64,000 nt of DNA, from positions 265,771 through 329,770 of the forward strand of contig QPGO01000066.1 of NCBI GenBank assembly GCA_008632985.1, in the 5' to 3' direction. The DNA comes from Psammoneis japonica (lineage: Eukaryota). Below, piece after piece: positions 24,070 through 36,216 of the stretch. Position 1 is the first letter of the stretch. Each line of letters opens with the position of its first letter. The notes beneath the pieces were generated by a model that ran no database searches, was not told the origin of the DNA, and saw only the letters and a program-made list of their open reading frames with translations. The position numbers and the translations under genes are program-made.

Positions 24070-26802
24070 CATGGAAAAACAATGGTGTGTTTTCTTGTCA
24101 GTTGTGGTTGACTCTTGCACAAATTGTCAAATCTAAAAGCACAAGCACTGAGCAGGGGGCAACTCTCTTTTTTGTTGCACTGCAAGACTGCCAGCACTTG
24201 AAGCAGCCATCCTTCATGACCTTTTGCAGCTCTTCACAGCTGGAAAAGGGAGCCAGGAGTCATTGGCAAAATCACCTCTGAAATTTTCAAGGCTTCATTT
24301 GGAGATCATGATGACACTGCCAACAATGCCAACTCAGCTCTTTGGGAGTGAGCGCAGCAGAGATCATTGGCAAAAGAGCTCATCAATGTTGCTTCTGTGC
24401 AAAGCTTGGCCAAGCTCTTGTTGCCCTTGATGCTCTTGGCATTGTCAGACCAAAAAGAGGACAAAGTCATTCCCATCAAACCCTGCAATCTGCAGCAGTC
24501 TGACTTTGTTGGCATTTTCTAAGACTGCAAACAGCGCCAGCAGGGTGGCAATCTGCACTTCTGTGATGGGTTGGATGTGAGCTGATGCAGCGCACATTCT
24601 CTCCACTGTGGGCAGCACACTTTGATTTTGAAAAGCACATGGTTGAAACAGCAGCAAGCTTGTGCAGCTCACATGGTGGACAGCCCTGCTGGTGCAACCC
24701 AAGCAACAAGTGCCGCCATCAACAAAATGGCTGTTGCAGCAAATCATCAAGTTGCTCCAAACACAAGCCACTCAATGCTTCAAAAGGCTGAAATTTTTTT
24801 GAAAGTTGTTAACCTCAAAAAAGGTTGAAGCTGGCTGTGCTTTGTTTTTGGAAATTGCTGTGGAGTTGCACTTGTGAAAGAGGCACAAAGAACTGTCAGA
24901 TCAAAGTTTTGCCCATTTGTTGCAACTGTTTGTGTGTCATCCACAGCCTTTTGACTTGCCTCACTGGTGCCCCAATGTCTCAGATGTTTTCCAGCACCAT
25001 GCAACGTGCAAATGAGCACTTTGGTCAGCTTGTGTGTTGGCTGCATGCCAAGTGCATTTGTCTCAATTTTTGCTGTCAAAAACTCAAAATGTCTCATCTG
25101 CACTCCAAGGCAAACACTCTTTCAAAAAAAGCAGATTCTCAACAGTGCAACAAATGCTGTCCTCAACACAACAATGAAGATGACAGTGTGCAGGTGCAAT
25201 GGCTGACTTCCACCACATGTGGGGGCAAAAAACGTGAGCTGTGTCTCTTTTGTTCAGAGCTTGTGTGGGACAGCTTCAGCAAGCTTGAAGCCAAATGTTT
25301 TGCACCCACTTCTTGTGCCATTGTGACCTCACTCCAAAGTCATTCAAAGAAAAAATGAGGATGTCATTGCACCCTCCATGTCCAAATTGGTTGCTCCACA
25401 TGGCCGCTTCTGCACCTTGCATGTCCACTTTGGTGACACATGACCAACTTTCTGTGGTGCACAAAGATGTGCAAAATCCTGCAAGCAAATGAAAAAGGTC
25501 AGTTTTGGCATGAGAGGTGCTGCTGCAACTTGCTGTTTGCTTCACCACATGTGCTGTGCCCAATCTGCATCATTGTCTGGGGCCACTTCCACAATTGCAA
25601 AGCCAAAAAAAGTGGTCAAAATGTCACCACAGGCTGTGGCAAGGTGTGCCAAAAGCACAACATGTCACTCCATGAAGAGCTTGGTGTGTTGAGTCATTTT
25701 CACCTTTCTTGCCACATGATCCTTTTTGTCCCTGGTTTGAAAGTTCTTTTTGTGCAAGGCAAAGAACTCACTTCTTTTAGATTTGTGAGTTTGCAAGCCC
25801 CCCCTGAAAATGATGGCATGTTTGAGCAGCTTGAAGCTCAATCAGAAGCTGCAAACTCACAAGGACAAACACAAATTTGATCTCCAAATCAACTGCCCTT
25901 GTGTCAGGGTGCTTTTAATGCAACAAAAGCAGGGGGTCAAAAGCAGCAAATTGCTTGAGCACACTCTCCAGTTGTTTGCACCAGTGTGCAAAAATGTTCA
26001 CAAATGAAAGAGACTGCATTTTGGCTTTGCAAGTTTGTTCCCAAGCTGAAAACTGTGACAAAATCTGTGTTTGCATGCCAAACTGCAATTTTTTGCACAG
26101 CTCAGCTCACACACAGCTTGGGCATGTTGTCAGCTCTCTGTCATGATCCTGGCACTGCCGTGCTGCACAAAATTGTTCAACCTGCCTGCCAGAAGTTTTT
26201 TGGGCTTTTCCAAGCTCAAACCAGCTGAAGCTGTTGTTCTTGAATGCTGGGCTGAGATGGAGGTGGTCAACTGGCTCAACATTCCAGGTGAGCTCCAAGC
26301 TGCAGTGCATCAGTTTTTTGCCATCTGCATGGCTCTGGAGGTGCTTGAAGGCCTTCTTTGTCATGGAGCATTTGATTGCACCAGGAAGGGGGCTTCAGAG
26401 ACTGCTGCTCAGCACTGGGTTCAACAACAGCTGTTGGATGGTGCAGAGCATTTTGCCAAATCCAGGGGGGCATCGGTTCATTTTTTTGCTGCCATCTGGC
26501 TTGCTTCTGAGAGAGTCTGTGAGGCGACAACTTTGGGGGTGATTGCAAGCGTGCTTGCAAAAATGGTTGATGCAAGGACTCACAATGGACAGTGAGTTGG
26601 TGAGTTGGGGCCCTGGCTCCCTGACTGAAAGAGGTGGGGGGCTGTCTCGGTCCTTTCTCTTCTCTCTCAATTTTCTTGAGGATTTCACGTTCGTGAGGAC
26701 CAGGATCTTGATCGACAGCTCTGTTGCTGTTGACACCAATTGCTTCAGACGATCGATGTCACCCAATTGTTTGCTTCATTTTCATGGTGTGCACGCTTTG
26801 AC

Positions 26803-27075
26803 GTTGCAAGAATACAGAGCCATTCACGGGAATGCCAATGTGCCTCAGGAATACAACGCGGATGTTGCATTGGGGCGGTGGCGTATGAAGCAACGATCTC
26901 AGCACAGCTGGCGTCGTCGTGGTCAACTTACAGAGGATCGGAGAACCTGGGATTTTTTTGGTAGGTCGGTCAACAAGAATAACAAGGAAAACGAACAAGC
27001 GCAAGTGTAACTCATGATGGATATTTCTAATCTCTGCGGCGCGGGGTTCGAATTTTAATAGGTAATGCAGTAGTA
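26803..27075 (+). pseudogene. Fragment of HA-domain gene 3' end and 3' UTR (copy of about 19499-19790)
   Basis: LQEYRAIHGNANVPQEY..DVALGRW matches the last HA repeat. It has small deletions and a frameshift, and shares TAACTCATGATGGAT after the stop. Confidence 0.9.
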
Positions 27076-27137
27076 TTCAGAATTATGGATGGAGACAACG
27101 CATGTGCCGTAACATGTATATATAGAATGAACAGTTG

Positions 27138-29471
27138 TTACCGCATACCAGCACTTGCCGACGGCTCATCCGGAGCATGTTGAATCACAACGCCTCGCAT
27201 TTGCCAAAAAGCCATCTCACCGGTATGAGGGAACGTGTTGTTATTGCGCTTGATGCTCATTAGAGTCGTATTGGCAGACAAGAATTGGGGTGGCGGTAAT
27301 CCGTCCTCGTTGCCCCACAAGCACGGCGGAATGGCCAGAAAGCCCCGTTCCTTGTATATTTCATAGTCGCTGTCTCCAACAATTGGTTCCGAATGACAAA
27401 GCAATTGTCCAGTGTCGGCATTGTACAATTCCATAGACAGACACGATGGTGCGTGGCAGTGTGGTCCGGCATAAATCAACTCAATACCAGCCGCACTGCG
27501 ACTATTCGAGCCGGTACACCATCCTCCACCATCGTTTTGAATGGGACAGTCTTGCATCATGTCGCGAACATGCCATTTGGCTGTAAGGGTATGGACGCAT
27601 TGGTCTGTAGGAATATCTTGAGTACACTGCGGAATGTCATACTCGCCCGCAAAGGTTTCGGTTTCCCAAAAGAAGCGTACCAAATTCAGGTGTGACGCTT
27701 TGGACGTGTCCGATGCTTGGTATTCTTGATAGTAAAATCGAAACTTGAATCGGAGCTCCAGATATTGATCCGGCCAGGGTATGTCTTGTTCCTTATCCAG
27801 TAGAGATTTGCCGTCACGACAACAGGCAAGACCACCCGCGTAGGTTTGGATTTGACAGGTGGGATTTTCTTGTGCAGCCACGTCCCCGCGGCACCGACCC
27901 TTGTTGGAAAAGACATTGCCACCGAGTGTTCCACCCAATACTCCAGCGGAACAGATGCGTGTGGGTTTATCGACAGACAGAAACGTCAATTGCGAGGGAG
28001 AATGTCCACAGTGTTGTTTAAACTCCATCCCGCAGCCTCGAGCCGCAATCATGGCAAGCGGAACGTTTGGGTCCATCTCAAAGCGACCTTTTTGGGCCCG
28101 ATTTGTAGTCGTTAGTATGACGGTGCGGTTCAAACCTCCATTTGTAAGCTTGTTGGATTGCACATGCATTGACGTTTCGACAAGACGCCCTGGTCCATGA
28201 AAGTCAAGCTTTCGTTCCGTCACCTTGTCACCTTGAACAACAATCGCATACGGACCGCCTTGGGGACATTCGTCCGTCACCAAGAGACTGTGCAAACACA
28301 TGGTATTGGTCCCAAACGCAACGCCAAACCACTTGTCGGCTGGACCAACCAAGGTAACGTTCATGTTGTACTCGTCATCGTCACTGTGGCTGGAAAGCAC
28401 AGCAGTCACATTGACTTGAGCTCCACTGTAGGCAATCCAAGAATCTGCCAACTCTTCCTCCTCTTGACGTGCCTCCACATTTTCGTCTTCAGAAGTCCAC
28501 TTGACATCTACACTACCGTCCGAATGCTGTGTAACTGTACAGAATGACGAGTCGGATGATGCGGAATGGCTTTCTTCATCATGATTGCGAAAGTAAGAGG
28601 CCGATAAGGCTCGCTGTGCACCGGCAAAGCACTCTGTAGCATTCTCCACCGGACCAATACAATCATCGTGACTGCCGTCCGTGTTGTTTAGAATATACGT
28701 AGTCGACCACTTTTTTTCGAGTGTATCACTACAAGGGCACTCCAACAAACCACTAAATCCTGCCAGTTGTGGCGGGATACGACTTGCCCTGGGGAGTGGT
28801 GCACCGTCCGGCGTAAATTTGGAAGTGTTGGAGTTTCGATTCCAAGTGTCAATGCTCATGGGGTTGAATTGAAAATGAGTCGGAGACTCCAACAACTGTG
28901 CGTATCCTTTGGGATAGCCATGGTAGGAGAGTCGGAATTCGCCCCCGTTGCCTTCCGAAAACACAGTCATGCGAGGCATGCTTTTCGCGTCTTGTAGAAT
29001 AGGTGAGGATGACGACGTTGTTGTCAAGTAGCTTCCATGGTGACCAGCATTACGATGGATGTTCTTATTCTCAACAAGCTTCGTCTTGTTGCTAAAGAGA
29101 TATGCGATATAATGATGATTATAAGACCACGTGATTGGAACGCTTGTTTCCCGATGATTTCTCGCATCCACTCGAACTTGATCCACTTCGTAACCCGTGA
29201 TTGCCATGACTTTGTCTTGAAAGCGAGTTACAACGTCATTAGGAATTGGAACAGGCTCATGCATTCTCCAGTGGACTTGGGAATAGAGAGTTCTAATGGG
29301 CTTGGAATACACCTCAAAGTACTCGTCCGTGTAGACAGTACTGTATTCGTCGTCTCGCGCATTTGCAAGTTTGTAAGGCTCCGAAATCATATTCTTGTGA
29401 GGAGCAGCAGCTGCCAGCGCTGTTGGTAACGATGACAGCGCAAATGAAATAAGCAACGTCGTCAACATCAT
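27138..29471 (-). CDS. Secreted SURNod19-like / copper-monooxygenase-like protein with DOMON-like segment
   Basis: Signal peptide MMLTTLLISFALSSLPTALA; YNHHY; DOMON-like VTLVGPADKWFGVAFG; C-terminal HCHAP..LYNADTGQLLC.S.P..G...HTGEM. Intronless ORF. Confidence 0.75.
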   Translation of the reverse strand: MMLTTLLISFALSSLPTALAAAAPHKNMISEPYKLANARDDEYSTVYTDEYFEVYSKPIRTLYSQVHWRMHEPVPIPNDVVTRFQDKVMAITGYEVDQVRVDARNHRETSVPITWSYNHHYIAYLFSNKTKLVENKNIHRNAGHHGSYLTTTSSSSPILQDAKSMPRMTVFSEGNGGEFRLSYHGYPKGYAQLLESPTHFQFNPMSIDTWNRNSNTSKFTPDGAPLPRASRIPPQLAGFSGLLECPCSDTLEKKWSTTYILNNTDGSHDDCIGPVENATECFAGAQRALSASYFRNHDEESHSASSDSSFCTVTQHSDGSVDVKWTSEDENVEARQEEEELADSWIAYSGAQVNVTAVLSSHSDDDEYNMNVTLVGPADKWFGVAFGTNTMCLHSLLVTDECPQGGPYAIVVQGDKVTERKLDFHGPGRLVETSMHVQSNKLTNGGLNRTVILTTTNRAQKGRFEMDPNVPLAMIAARGCGMEFKQHCGHSPSQLTFLSVDKPTRICSAGVLGGTLGGNVFSNKGRCRGDVAAQENPTCQIQTYAGGLACCRDGKSLLDKEQDIPWPDQYLELRFKFRFYYQEYQASDTSKASHLNLVRFFWETETFAGEYDIPQCTQDIPTDQCVHTLTAKWHVRDMMQDCPIQNDGGGWCTGSNSRSAAGIELIYAGPHCHAPSCLSMELYNADTGQLLCHSEPIVGDSDYEIYKERGFLAIPPCLWGNEDGLPPPQFLSANTTLMSIKRNNNTFPHTGEMAFWQMRGVVIQHAPDEPSASAGMR

Positions 29472-30644
29472 GGTAAAATGGTAGGAATAAAAGTGTGGAG
29501 AGACAAGAACAAAAAGATGTGATTTGAAGGCTCGTGTCAGTTGACCATGTTTGCAGCAAAAAATGAGCAGACAAGAATCTTGTGTAGAATTTGTACTGAA
29601 AGAGTCTGTCAATCGTCAGTGCGCTTGGGTGTTCATGGCCACATTCGGTGAGCCGCTGAACTGAGCCGACGCCTGCTTGTTCACAACGCACTGATGGGCA
29701 GGCTTCTTTTCAGCCAGCAGCAGATGATCACATGATGGATGTCATTTCACAAGTGCCATTGCACAACAATTGGTGTCATTTGTGCACTAATGCTGATTGC
29801 AGCAGGAAAACTGCTGAGCCACCACACTCTCCCCTCTGTGTCAATTCTCGAGGAGCTGCCCTGCCCCCGCACTTTTGCACGTTTTTGTGCCCAGTGCAGC
29901 ACACGCAACCACATCTCAGCTCCACTGTGACAACATTTCAGGAGCCACCCTCAAACCCTTTTCCAACACCCCTGCTCTAAAAAAAGTGCTGCTGGTGGGG
30001 CCATTGCTCCACCCCGTTGTCACGCAACACACCAAGTGCAGCAGCCAACATCATGACGTCATTTGTGAGCTTTCACACTGCTGTCCTCATGTGCTCCATC
30101 GTGCCCCCCCCCCCCCCCCAGGTGTTGTCATGGACACCAACACTGTCAACTCCATCACCAACAATGCAAAAACACCTGTTGCTGTCAATGATGACACTGG
30201 CGCAACAGGCAACATGGTTGCTGTGGCCATTGACTGGAAAAAATGCCTGCTGCAGGTGTCATCACAAACTCCAGGGCTGTTCATGACATTGGCAATGAAA
30301 CAATGCTTGTTCCTCCTTTTGATGCCAGTGCCCCTGATGCAACAGGCAGCAAGCCATTTCTGTGGCTGTCAACTTGAAAATGTGCAGCCAAAACAAAGTG
30401 CCATGGTCTCACACTCCTTTTCTCATGATCCATCCTCCTGCAGGCAGCCCTGCCATGAAAGTTTGCAGGCACTAATTGGCAAGTTGTGCCCAACCCCTTG
30501 TGCCACTTGGGCCATCCACTGAGCAGTGCTCTGGCTGAGTTGTGAAACTTTTGGCAGCACACCAGCCCAAGCAATTGTCTGTGTGCTGTGCTTCAGCAGA
30601 GATCTGGTTTGAAGAGACATTGGCTCCTTTTCCAAGTGCCAAGT

Positions 30645-30888
30645 GAATGCACTCCAAATGCAGGTGGAAATCCATGTGACACCAGGCCTGTGGAATTCCA
30701 TGTGCAAGCTCTGCAGCAAAATTTGTAAAACAACAAGACTTGGGCTTCACAAAACAGGGAGTGTTTTGAACAACTCTGCAGGAGAGGAGCACACACAGAA
30801 ATGCACATGAGAAACATGCAACAGATGACAAAAAGCTGTTGTGTCACACATCAGTGCTGCAAGCTCCCACCCATGGCTGGAATGCATC
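30645..30888 (+). mobile_element. Highly decayed GAC-family MITE remnant
   Basis: Contains GCCTGTGGAATTCCATGTGCAAGCTCTGCAGCA (homolog of 575-607) and ends CCCACCCATGGCTGGAATGCATC. Confidence 0.6.
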
Positions 30889-33129
30889 CATGAACAAACA
30901 GCAGCAGGTCAACAGGTCAAATCCAGACCTTTCCAGTGCATGCTCAGTGCATTTTGGGGCACCTGTGCAGAAACAGGCGGCATGTTTGTGCACCACCACA
31001 TGAAACATCCATCCACTGAGCAAGCAGCAACGCAAATTGACTGGGGCAAAATCTTCACAATTGCGCTGATGTGCTGTGAGGTCATCAGTGCAGTCACATC
31101 AAACCAATTCAAGCCAAAACAGCAAGTGCAACGTGATGGTGAACAAACAAAAAATCCCAGCTGACAACTGCTTTTGCCACACTTTCAACTCCACATGTCA
31201 AAACAGGTGACATTTGCCCCATTGGCGCAACAAGTTCATGTTCCCACACACACAACCTCTGTGTTGTTCATTTCAAAGATTCAGAAGCATTGCCCCTGCA
31301 ATGGCTTGTTTGTTTCACAGCCATTTGCATGTTCAAGGCTTTGAACACTTTCCTTTGGTTGCCTTTCTTGAAGAGGAGGAAGATTGCTTGCAACAACCAG
31401 CACCAATTTTTTGCCATGTGCAAGAGGCACTGGAGGCAGATGATTGTGTCATTGACTTGGTGAGAAAAAGGTGCTGCCTCCCAGTCAGACACACAAAGCA
31501 GAATGTTGCACAGCTTGACACTGTCAAGCATTTTGCACTGTCCAGCTGGGTTGCCCTGCAGCCATGCAAATGTGATCATTTCCCATGGGAATTGTTCAAC
31601 ATGTGCCTCAGATGTCCAGACTGGACTGTGGCTTCATGCTCATCAACAGAGCAGACACACTGGACACAAAAATTGCCGCTGCTGCTGCTGCCAGTGAGCA
31701 TTGTTCCCATTCTCATCCCTTGCCCCACTTTGTGCTGCCAGCTCCCCTCACCCCATTTTCCATGAGCCAGTTGCTGTTGCAAAGGATCTCATGTTCCACT
31801 TCCATTGCATCTGCTTTTGCCAGGCCAAACTTGACTCTAGCTGGATTCTTGTGCTTCTCTTTTGTTTGCAGCACCTTCAAAATGACGTGTGTGTTGTCAG
31901 GGTCTTGGCAGCAGAGCACAAGGTGGCTTGTTTGACATCCAGGCCAGCAACAACTTGCCACTCCAATTGCTTTGTTTTCAACTTGTCTGCTTCTTGATGA
32001 GAGACAGGAAAAACTGTGTGGGCTTTGTTCTTGCTGCAACAGTTGCTGAAATTCCTGCCATGGCAGGGTTTCAATTGTCTTGCGAAAGTCACAGCTCATC
32101 TGGCAGACCTTTGCAACATCCTGCTTTGTCTTGTCATTGTGCGGGAAAACCATGGGACCAAGCACATCAGCCAAGAGCTTGGCATTGCAATCCAGGGCTG
32201 TCTCCTCTGCTCTTGTGGTTGTTTGCAATTGCAGTTGTTGTTGCCAGTGACCATGCCCTCTGCTTCCCAAGGCCCCCTTTTCCTTTTTTTTCATGTGGGC
32301 AACAACATCAAGAGCACCTTGGCTTGCCTCAGGGCTGTTGTTGCTCAGATCTTTGCATGCAATGTGGCTGGTTGAGCACATGATGGCAGATGGGTGCAAC
32401 ATTGCTCAAAGCCTGCAGCTTGTCTGCCAGAGGACAAAATGTCCACAACTTGTCTCCTGAGCAAACTCTTAAGAGTTTGCACAGAGAAGGCAGTGCATGG
32501 GCTGTCTGCCAACCTCTCAAACTTCAAGCTTCTTTCTCTCTCAGCCAGTGCTTTGTCAATGTCCTGCTCAATGTCTTGGAAATCTGAGCTGCAATCAAGG
32601 TTGTTGTGTGCAACATTTTCCCAGACAAAGTCATTGTTGAGTCAAGGAGTCTGCTTCTTTCCAATGGCAGCAGAAGGCCAGAGGACTGCTGGAATGCCCA
32701 TGGCCATCAAAGCTGCACCTCCAAGAACACCAGCCCAGGCTTTGAATTGCGCACGGGTGTTTTCACATTTTTGTGGAACACCACAGCAATGCTTTCAACA
32801 GATTTGGACATCTGAGGAGGCGGCATGCTCACAGGAAACTGACTCCAAAGCCCAACTGCAGTTGGCGCCATGTGACCGCAGTGTGAACTGCCAAATGTGG
32901 TTGATCATCCACACTGAGCTGTTGCAATGCTGCGCCACACCTTGCTCTGCTTCCAACAAACGGGATCCACCCACCTCCGAGAGATTCTTGACCGGCAGCA
33001 CCGTGGAGCGCAGCCGGCCATCGAGTCGACGAACGCGCATGAGAACTCACCCTTGCATCAATAAAAAAATTACACGCATTGTTGTGCGTTACGTTACAAA
33101 ATTATCATCTACAAAATCATCGCCAATGT

Positions 33130-35904
33130 CTACACAGGAGCAGTGTCATGTTCACCAGAAGAGAGGCAAAAAAAATTCTCGGGTTTCTTGTCTCCATCAA
33201 TGTCACTGGTCGTTGAATCGGTTTGGGCCTCAGATGAAGGCACTTGATCAGAAGAGCAGCAAAAAGAAGGCTCGGGTTTCTTGTCTCCGTCAGTATCACT
33301 GCTGGTTGAATCGGTTCGGGTCTGAAATGAAGGCTCTTGATCAGAATGATGCGAGTGCTTCCCGTCACCTTCAGCCCCATATGCCTTTGGAACATGTGTA
33401 GCCATGCGTGACAACGCCTTGTACGCAAACAAGTTGGACAGCAAGATCACAAGAAGTAGTGCTGAAACCAAAATGCTCACAGATAGGGGATTGGTTGTAT
33501 CGGGTTCTTCCCACCAGTCGGTGAAGGACTTTTCGCGAAGCTTCCAGGCGGGATCGTTGATGCTCGAATTCTGAACAAGAAGGACAATCATCAGAGCCAC
33601 CACCGCAAGTCGAGATGCCACAAAGAGCACACTCGCCGTTTTGCAAATAAGAGGCCACCGCTTCGGGTGAGTTTCGCGGAACCCAATGTTGCGTAGCAAC
33701 AGAACAACATAGAGAGGCTGTTCCGTAAGCGCCAGCAACAAGAGTACAAGGCCGTACTTTAGAGCGAGATTTGAGTAGGTGTGATTCTTGATGACGTAAA
33801 GAACAATCACAGTCACGCTTGTCATGAGGTGATGAAGGATCAGTGAGAAGCGGAGACGAATCCGATAAAAGAGTTCCAGAAGGTACAGGATGGCCTGCGT
33901 TGCAATCAAGCCTCTTTCGAGAGTGTACGTTTCTGGATCAACGACATCAAATGTCTCCTCTCTCGGGAATACCTTTACCAGGCCAATAATGGCGATTGGA
34001 AAAGCCACAAGGCTAAAGAGTATTTGACCAATGTACACGATTGAGTTTCGCTTGATACGGGTATCGCGATTGTCAATGCGTAACTTGGTTGCAACTCTCC
34101 TCCAGGACAAAAACCTAGTCACGAGGAATGCTCCAATTATGATCAGTTGAGCCGTTATGGCAGCATCTGAGTAGTCCATATAGTCCAGCTTGAGCTCATG
34201 CTGGAATGCAATCTTGCAAGTATTCTTTCGGTGACTCTTTAGTGACTGAAAGGATCTTCGTTCGGGGTTTGGAGGGTAGTCGTAGTCCGTGTAATTTAAA
34301 TACCGGGCCAACACCCCATCCTTGTTACCCACTCGACTGTTCAAGAAAGGTTCCCCTTCTTCTACCATTACCCCAAGGGTCCAGCCATAAGTCGGAGCTT
34401 CGGGAGTCCAAGCTACTGCGAACAAGCACATTTCGTCGCTCGTTCGGAAGCCTCCGACAACATCAGCATCAGGGAGTGGTTGATAGACGCAGGTGATAAT
34501 GAGTGCATCTCCCGGTAAGATTGTCCATCGTTTCCAGCTAGGAGTTTGCCTGTCAAAGTCGTACGACATGGTGTTGTAGACATCCATGATGTGTACACCG
34601 TCTCGTACAAGTTCCACGCGACCACGAACACCTCGCTCATGCATGTGCAAAACACTTGCAAAAGCCTGGGCGCCGCTGACTGGCAGATGATCACGTGTTA
34701 CTTCAGCAGATATTTGAAATTGAAGCGAGAGCTCTCGTTGCTCAGGATCCGCGGGAATCTGAATGGAGCTTTGTAGTGCTTCATGAGCCACGATCTGAGC
34801 TGGTGAGGTTCTTGACTTGATTGCGGGAGGTTCAGTCCACACTCGAAAGCCAGATTGATCGTTGACGATGGAGCGCCCAAAGGGGTTCTCATAGTGCACC
34901 AACAGCACATAAGAGCCACTCTTCATCGGAATGTGGAGACCCGAAGGAGCCTGTACTAGGCCAGTACCACGCGCGTATTCCAATGCCACTTTGCACGCTG
35001 GCATCTGGCTGTAGCAGTCCCATGTCTCACCAACTTCTTGAGGGACCAGTTTCGGATCTTCACAGTAGAAAAGACCCATGTGGTGCATGACAGGGTTGTC
35101 ACCCCCGTTCGTAGTGGATCGTCCTTCATCCCAGACAGCCTCAAAAGCTACAGTCTGAATGTCTAGTGGTGTTTCAATTGATCGACACACGTAACTTGTC
35201 TTCACGGTTGGATCAAGGGTGACGTTGCTCATTTGAATGTCAATCGGGAACGGAGTAGTCGAGCTCTCTACATTTCCTATAGCTGTGACGCCATGGGCCA
35301 AAGTAACGGAGGAGTTTGACTCTTTGGAAACTTCAAAGTCTTGTTCAAAAAGGGCTTCTTCGTCTACAAGGAAATTCACGACACCCGACGATCGATTTGG
35401 ACCATGGTAGGAAATGTCACCATCAACAAGACTCCCGGAGGCACAGATCACATACTGCTTGTGGGGCTCAATCTTGAGATCTTCTCTGTCACAGGTGTCA
35501 AGGTCTCTTCGAATAACAACGTACATTCTACCCTCTTCGTCATAGTTTGCAGAGAGGAGTTCAACGTTTTGCAAGAGATCCATTTCTGGCTTGCGAACGG
35601 CCTTTGATACCCGATCTTCGGAAACAAAGGAAGATCCTGTTCTCTTGACTATGGAAATGTCTGCTCCTTTCATGCTCCCAAATTCAGAAATGCCAAATCC
35701 TGTCCATTCGGCGCCAATTGAGCTCTTCCAGCTCAGCGTCAGGCTGAGGGCTTCGCGATCCACTGTCCACTTCACGTCGGAACAGCCACTACTGTCACCA
35801 ATCTGTACGTGACGTTCAAAGTTTGTCGGTACGGCGATTCCCTTTCCCATTCCGAAAGACGAGGCAGCAACAAGTGACAACAAAGATAACTTCATTATTG
35901 ACAT
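33130..35904 (-). CDS. DBH/MOXD1-like copper type II ascorbate-dependent monooxygenase (DOMON + two catalytic domains) with C-terminal multi-TM domain
   Basis: Signal peptide; DOMON WTGFGISEFGSMKGADI; copper ligands MHHM, VHYENP, LHMH, DEMC; several TM helices including LILHHLMT; 31-aa C-terminal repeat. Confidence 0.9.
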   Translation of the reverse strand: MSIMKLSLLSLVAASSFGMGKGIAVPTNFERHVQIGDSSGCSDVKWTVDREALSLTLSWKSSIGAEWTGFGISEFGSMKGADISIVKRTGSSFVSEDRVSKAVRKPEMDLLQNVELLSANYDEEGRMYVVIRRDLDTCDREDLKIEPHKQYVICASGSLVDGDISYHGPNRSSGVVNFLVDEEALFEQDFEVSKESNSSVTLAHGVTAIGNVESSTTPFPIDIQMSNVTLDPTVKTSYVCRSIETPLDIQTVAFEAVWDEGRSTTNGGDNPVMHHMGLFYCEDPKLVPQEVGETWDCYSQMPACKVALEYARGTGLVQAPSGLHIPMKSGSYVLLVHYENPFGRSIVNDQSGFRVWTEPPAIKSRTSPAQIVAHEALQSSIQIPADPEQRELSLQFQISAEVTRDHLPVSGAQAFASVLHMHERGVRGRVELVRDGVHIMDVYNTMSYDFDRQTPSWKRWTILPGDALIITCVYQPLPDADVVGGFRTSDEMCLFAVAWTPEAPTYGWTLGVMVEEGEPFLNSRVGNKDGVLARYLNYTDYDYPPNPERRSFQSLKSHRKNTCKIAFQHELKLDYMDYSDAAITAQLIIIGAFLVTRFLSWRRVATKLRIDNRDTRIKRNSIVYIGQILFSLVAFPIAIIGLVKVFPREETFDVVDPETYTLERGLIATQAILYLLELFYRIRLRFSLILHHLMTSVTVIVLYVIKNHTYSNLALKYGLVLLLLALTEQPLYVVLLLRNIGFRETHPKRWPLICKTASVLFVASRLAVVALMIVLLVQNSSINDPAWKLREKSFTDWWEEPDTTNPLSVSILVSALLLVILLSNLFAYKALSRMATHVPKAYGAEGDGKHSHHSDQEPSFQTRTDSTSSDTDGDKKPEPSFCCSSDQVPSSEAQTDSTTSDIDGDKKPENFFCLSSGEHDTAPV

Positions 35905-36216
35905 GGATGAGAGGGATGAGCGTCACTCCCTTGCTTTTTGCCAAGAGTCAACAAAAAGTGATCGTCCGCCCATGTGCATGCCGATACTCAGAGCAGGTCC
36001 TTCAATGAGAATTTCGTACCGGGTATGGCCACCTTTTTCGTCGTACTACAGGCGTGTAGCATTGCACAAGAGGACCTTGTATAACGGCCTTCTTGATGTT
36101 CGGTTTTGTCGACACAACAAATTACCGTATCTGCACAGCCAACTAACAGAGGTTCGCGCGAAAGGTCGGTGAGCGTGTTTGTCTGTGTTAAAAAATTCGG
36201 GTGTGTCTTCGCTTAA

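Noticed and set aside
32394..33401. 335-aa plus-strand ORF
   Set aside because: It starts in the erased tract and runs antisense into the monooxygenase 3' end; no domain.
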